A DNA stretch of 64,000 nucleotides, taken from Pecten maximus (lineage: Eukaryota). Under the pieces are notes generated by a model, which had not been told where the DNA came from, ran no database searches, and saw nothing but the letters and a program-made list of their open reading frames with translations. Position numbers and translations under genes: made by a program. Below, piece after piece: positions 62,501 to 64,000 of this stretch; position 1 is the first letter of the stretch; the number at the start of each line of letters is the position of its first letter. The stretch spans positions 3,720,001 to 3,784,000 of the forward strand of contig NC_047029.1 in the NCBI RefSeq assembly GCF_902652985.1, in the 5' to 3' direction.

Positions 62501-64000
62501 CATTCAAATATCTTTTTCTGGCAGTGTTATTTTACCCTGGACAATCATATCGAATTATAGCGACACTTGTTCGTTTGGCGAACTTTACAAGGGTCTGCGC
62601 GATGGATCGCTTGGTCCCGACGACTGGTCGTTTCCGCCAAAATTCACGGATCATGATGTGTCGGCCGCGATCGGCAAACGGAAAGCTGATGTTTTTGATA
62701 AAGTAATGATTGATGTCTTTGAAGGTAAACGAAGCAACAAAACTGTTTGGACATTATGTAAGAACCAAATCTTAAAACATAGGGAGTTCCTGATCACTTG
62801 TGTACATCTGGTGAACATTGAACATAAAATTGTATTTCAATTGTTTTTCAATTTAAATTGCAAGTTTAATACCAGAAAATAAAGACAATAGTTTAAAATT
62901 AAGATTTCTTTATTCATTTTATGCATTTAACAATTGACACAATTTCAAATCACATGATTTATGTATATGTATCATTATGTGACTGAGAGAAAAAAATAAA
63001 AAAAAGTCCCTCCCTCATCACATTTTTAGGTAGTAAAAAAAAAAAAAAAAAAGCCTCCCTCCCTCATCCTTTTTTGGAAAAATGTGCCTGAGAAACAAGA
63101 CATTAATTTTGTTTGGCCTTAGTGAAAATCTCATTTCTCCTTTACTTCAAAACCTGAGTGTGTGTATTTCTTAAAATGGGCAGCTTGTAGTAAGAGACTG
63201 ATGACTGTTATAGTTTCCTGAAATTCTGTCAAGTTAGTTTTACCAGAAATTTTATCAGGACTTTAAAATAAAACTGTGATTAGCATTATCACCTTTTGAA
63301 CAACTGGGCCCAGATTGTAATATAATTTTATAATAGTGTATACCTGTCCTTGTGGATCTCGGCTAATAATGGTTCCAGCCAGCCCTCCGTACACTCACAG
63401 TGAGCATCCAGGAATGTGATTACATCTCCCTTAGCCGCTGCTGCTCCTACAAACATCACCAAAATCCTTGACCAACATTCATCACCAATTATAGAATTAT
63501 AAAAGATTATAACATTTTCTTAAAATTAATCATGATTTGATATGTGCCTCTTGGTTGTTAAATGCAGTCAATGGTGGGCAATATATTTAAACCTGCATTA
63601 TAGATAGCAGCAGCACTTTGTAAAATAATTTGATGATACCAGTAGTCAGAACAGCACCTACATTTTAGTTCTTGTGCTCTGAGTATCTAGTTCTTGTGCT
63701 CTGAGTATCTAGTTCTTGTGCTCTGAGTATCATCAGGTCAAAATTTTGGGATCAAGAAATGATATCATCATGTATCTGTAGTTTTCTGATTAAGTAACAC
63801 GTAAGACATTGTTGTCTAAAGAGCTTTTTTTCCAGGAGTTGTTACACTAAAAAGAATCAACTGCATTGATTAAACTTCAGAGCCCAGATGATTGAAAGCA
63901 TACTCTTTATATATAAATCAATGTTTTACAGTCAGTAATTACCTGTCAGTCTAGCCCGGATCAGTCCGTTTCGTGACTCTGACCTCATCACCTTCGTAAG
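41510..64000 (-). CDS. GALNT1: Polypeptide N-acetylgalactosaminyltransferase, GALNT1/13-like, 5'-partial. Exons >64000-63943, 63446-63344, 62077-61907, 60800-60683, 55385-55205, 54772-54633, 53676-53578, 52711-52577 (alternative 52099-51974), 45027-44949, 41565-41510
   Basis: Hallmark motifs [58 protein letters not shown], and a ricin-type lectin domain. All junctions are GT-AG and phase-consistent. GALNT1 vs GALNT13 orthology cannot be resolved by eye. Confidence 0.96.
41975..44900. repeat. 40-48-bp minisatellite in the last GALNT intron
   Basis: gacaggacctagacattgtgggcaagttttggagaggggagatggata, about 60 copies. Confidence 0.95.
44949..45027 (-). CDS. GALNT1: GALNT lectin gamma exon [26 protein letters not shown]
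   Basis: 79 nt, tttacag|...|gtaaga, phase 0-1. Confidence 0.9.
46020..46320 (+). mobile_element. Decayed SINE
   Basis: gtgtccttggacaaaacactttacccttattgc core; tail taaaccaaacaaacaaa. Confidence 0.6.
47550..47975. repeat. 27-bp minisatellite (gagtatgggttatttcccctttgtaat)
   Basis: About 15 copies. Confidence 0.95.
49200..50890. repeat. Two adjacent related minisatellites: 21-bp (49200-49957) and 22-bp (49972-50890)
   Basis: acctacacagagttagactaa vs acctacacctgtgttagtctat. Confidence 0.95.
51974..52099 (-). CDS. GALNT1: Putative alternative lectin beta exon [43 protein letters not shown]
   Basis: 126 nt, phase 0-0, caccag|...|gtagtg; aligns to exon A (F.YT.K...TD..C......VK...C......W.Y..Q). 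Confidence 0.8.
52577..52711 (-). CDS. GALNT1: GALNT lectin beta exon [46 protein letters not shown]
   Basis: 135 nt, phase 0-0, canonical CLD and QxW. Confidence 0.95.
53280..53577 (-). repeat. Degenerate repeat derived from the donor junction of exon 53578-53676
   Basis: ttacctggttgccgccc (junction) vs ttacctggatacctccc, taacctagttacctccc. Confidence 0.7.
53578..53676 (-). CDS. GALNT1: GALNT lectin alpha exon [33 protein letters not shown]
   Basis: 99 nt, phase 0-0. Confidence 0.95.
53677..53930 (-). repeat. 28-bp repeat of the acceptor junction of exon 53578-53676
   Basis: Sense unit catacctgttttatgttaacag|ATTCGT x~9. Confidence 0.9.
54633..54772 (-). CDS. GALNT1: GALNT exon [46 protein letters not shown]
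   Basis: 140 nt, phase 1-0; absent from the ORF track. Confidence 0.95.
55205..55385 (-). CDS. GALNT1: GALNT exon [22 protein letters not shown]...FYKINP
   Basis: 181 nt, phase 0-1. Confidence 0.96.
55386..56085 (-). repeat. 33-bp acceptor-junction minisatellite
   Basis: Sense unit tgtatcaatctccctgttttgta(g/c)|GTATGGATG x~21. Confidence 0.95.
56086..60682 (-). repeat. 53-59-bp donor-junction minisatellite
   Basis: Sense unit GAGATGTCCTTCAGA|gtgagtattgtatggggtaggggagtgttagggactta and variant ...TTCActga|gtaagt..., about 80 copies. Confidence 0.95.
60683..60800 (-). CDS. GALNT1: GALNT exon TPTMAGGLF...[11 protein letters not shown]
   Basis: 118 nt, phase 2-0, donor gtgagt. Confidence 0.96.
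61330..61906 (-). repeat. 92-bp donor-junction minisatellite
   Basis: Donor copies at 61905, 61814, 61722, 61630, 61538, 61446; each unit includes the last 27 nt of the exon. Confidence 0.95.
61907..62077 (-). CDS. GALNT1: GALNT exon [18 protein letters not shown]...[11 protein letters not shown]
   Basis: 171 nt, phase 2-2, donor gtatgg. Confidence 0.96.
62240..63118. mobile_element. Non-autonomous TIR element (PIF/Harbinger- or CryptonV-like) inserted into a MITE
   Basis: ~33-bp imperfect TIR ggccaaataaaattaatttcttgtttctcaggc; TTA duplication; empty site visible in the copy at c.39689. Confidence 0.8.
63344..63446 (-). CDS. GALNT1: GALNT exon with DxH motif ([33 protein letters not shown])
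   Basis: 103 nt, phase 1-2. Confidence 0.96.
63667..63731. repeat. 22-bp repeat x3 (agttcttgtgctctgagtatct)
   Basis: Directly visible. Confidence 0.85.
63943..64000 (-). CDS. GALNT1: GALNT exon (partial) [20 protein letters not shown]
   Basis: GLIRARL motif; donor gtaatt. Confidence 0.93.

Noticed and set aside
62466-62882. 138-aa ORF as a gene
   Set aside because: Internal to a non-autonomous TIR element; no recognisable domain

Overview
AT-rich, repeat-dense eukaryotic (animal) genomic DNA. The transposon repertoire suggests a mollusc, probably a bivalve (inference). There is no prokaryotic system and no CRISPR array. Two convergent spliced genes can be reconstructed with phase-consistent GT-AG junctions. 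(1) On the + strand, 1297-25117 (5' end upstream of the window): an ankyrin-repeat / ZU5-ZU5 / UPA-like / death-domain protein with 11 visible exons, an HFS motif and an apparent +1 frameshift in an A8 run. Its 13-kb intron holds nested transposons: an 11.1-kb degenerate Kolobok containing a P-type element with a LINE fragment, a second Kolobok MITE, a tRNA-bearing solo LTR and Helentron-type elements, next to an IS3EU-like element. (2) On the - strand, 41510->64000: a GALNT1/13-like polypeptide GalNAc-transferase with two tandem candidate exons for the lectin beta subdomain. The most unusual signal is that several GALNT introns are built from tandem amplifications of the gene's own exon-intron junctions. 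One 5.3-kb intron consists only of an amplified donor array plus an amplified acceptor array containing AG|GT ratchet-like sites. Another array forms five in-frame 27-nt micro-exon/mini-intron cassettes. Most long ORFs in the supplied track are minisatellite artefacts.
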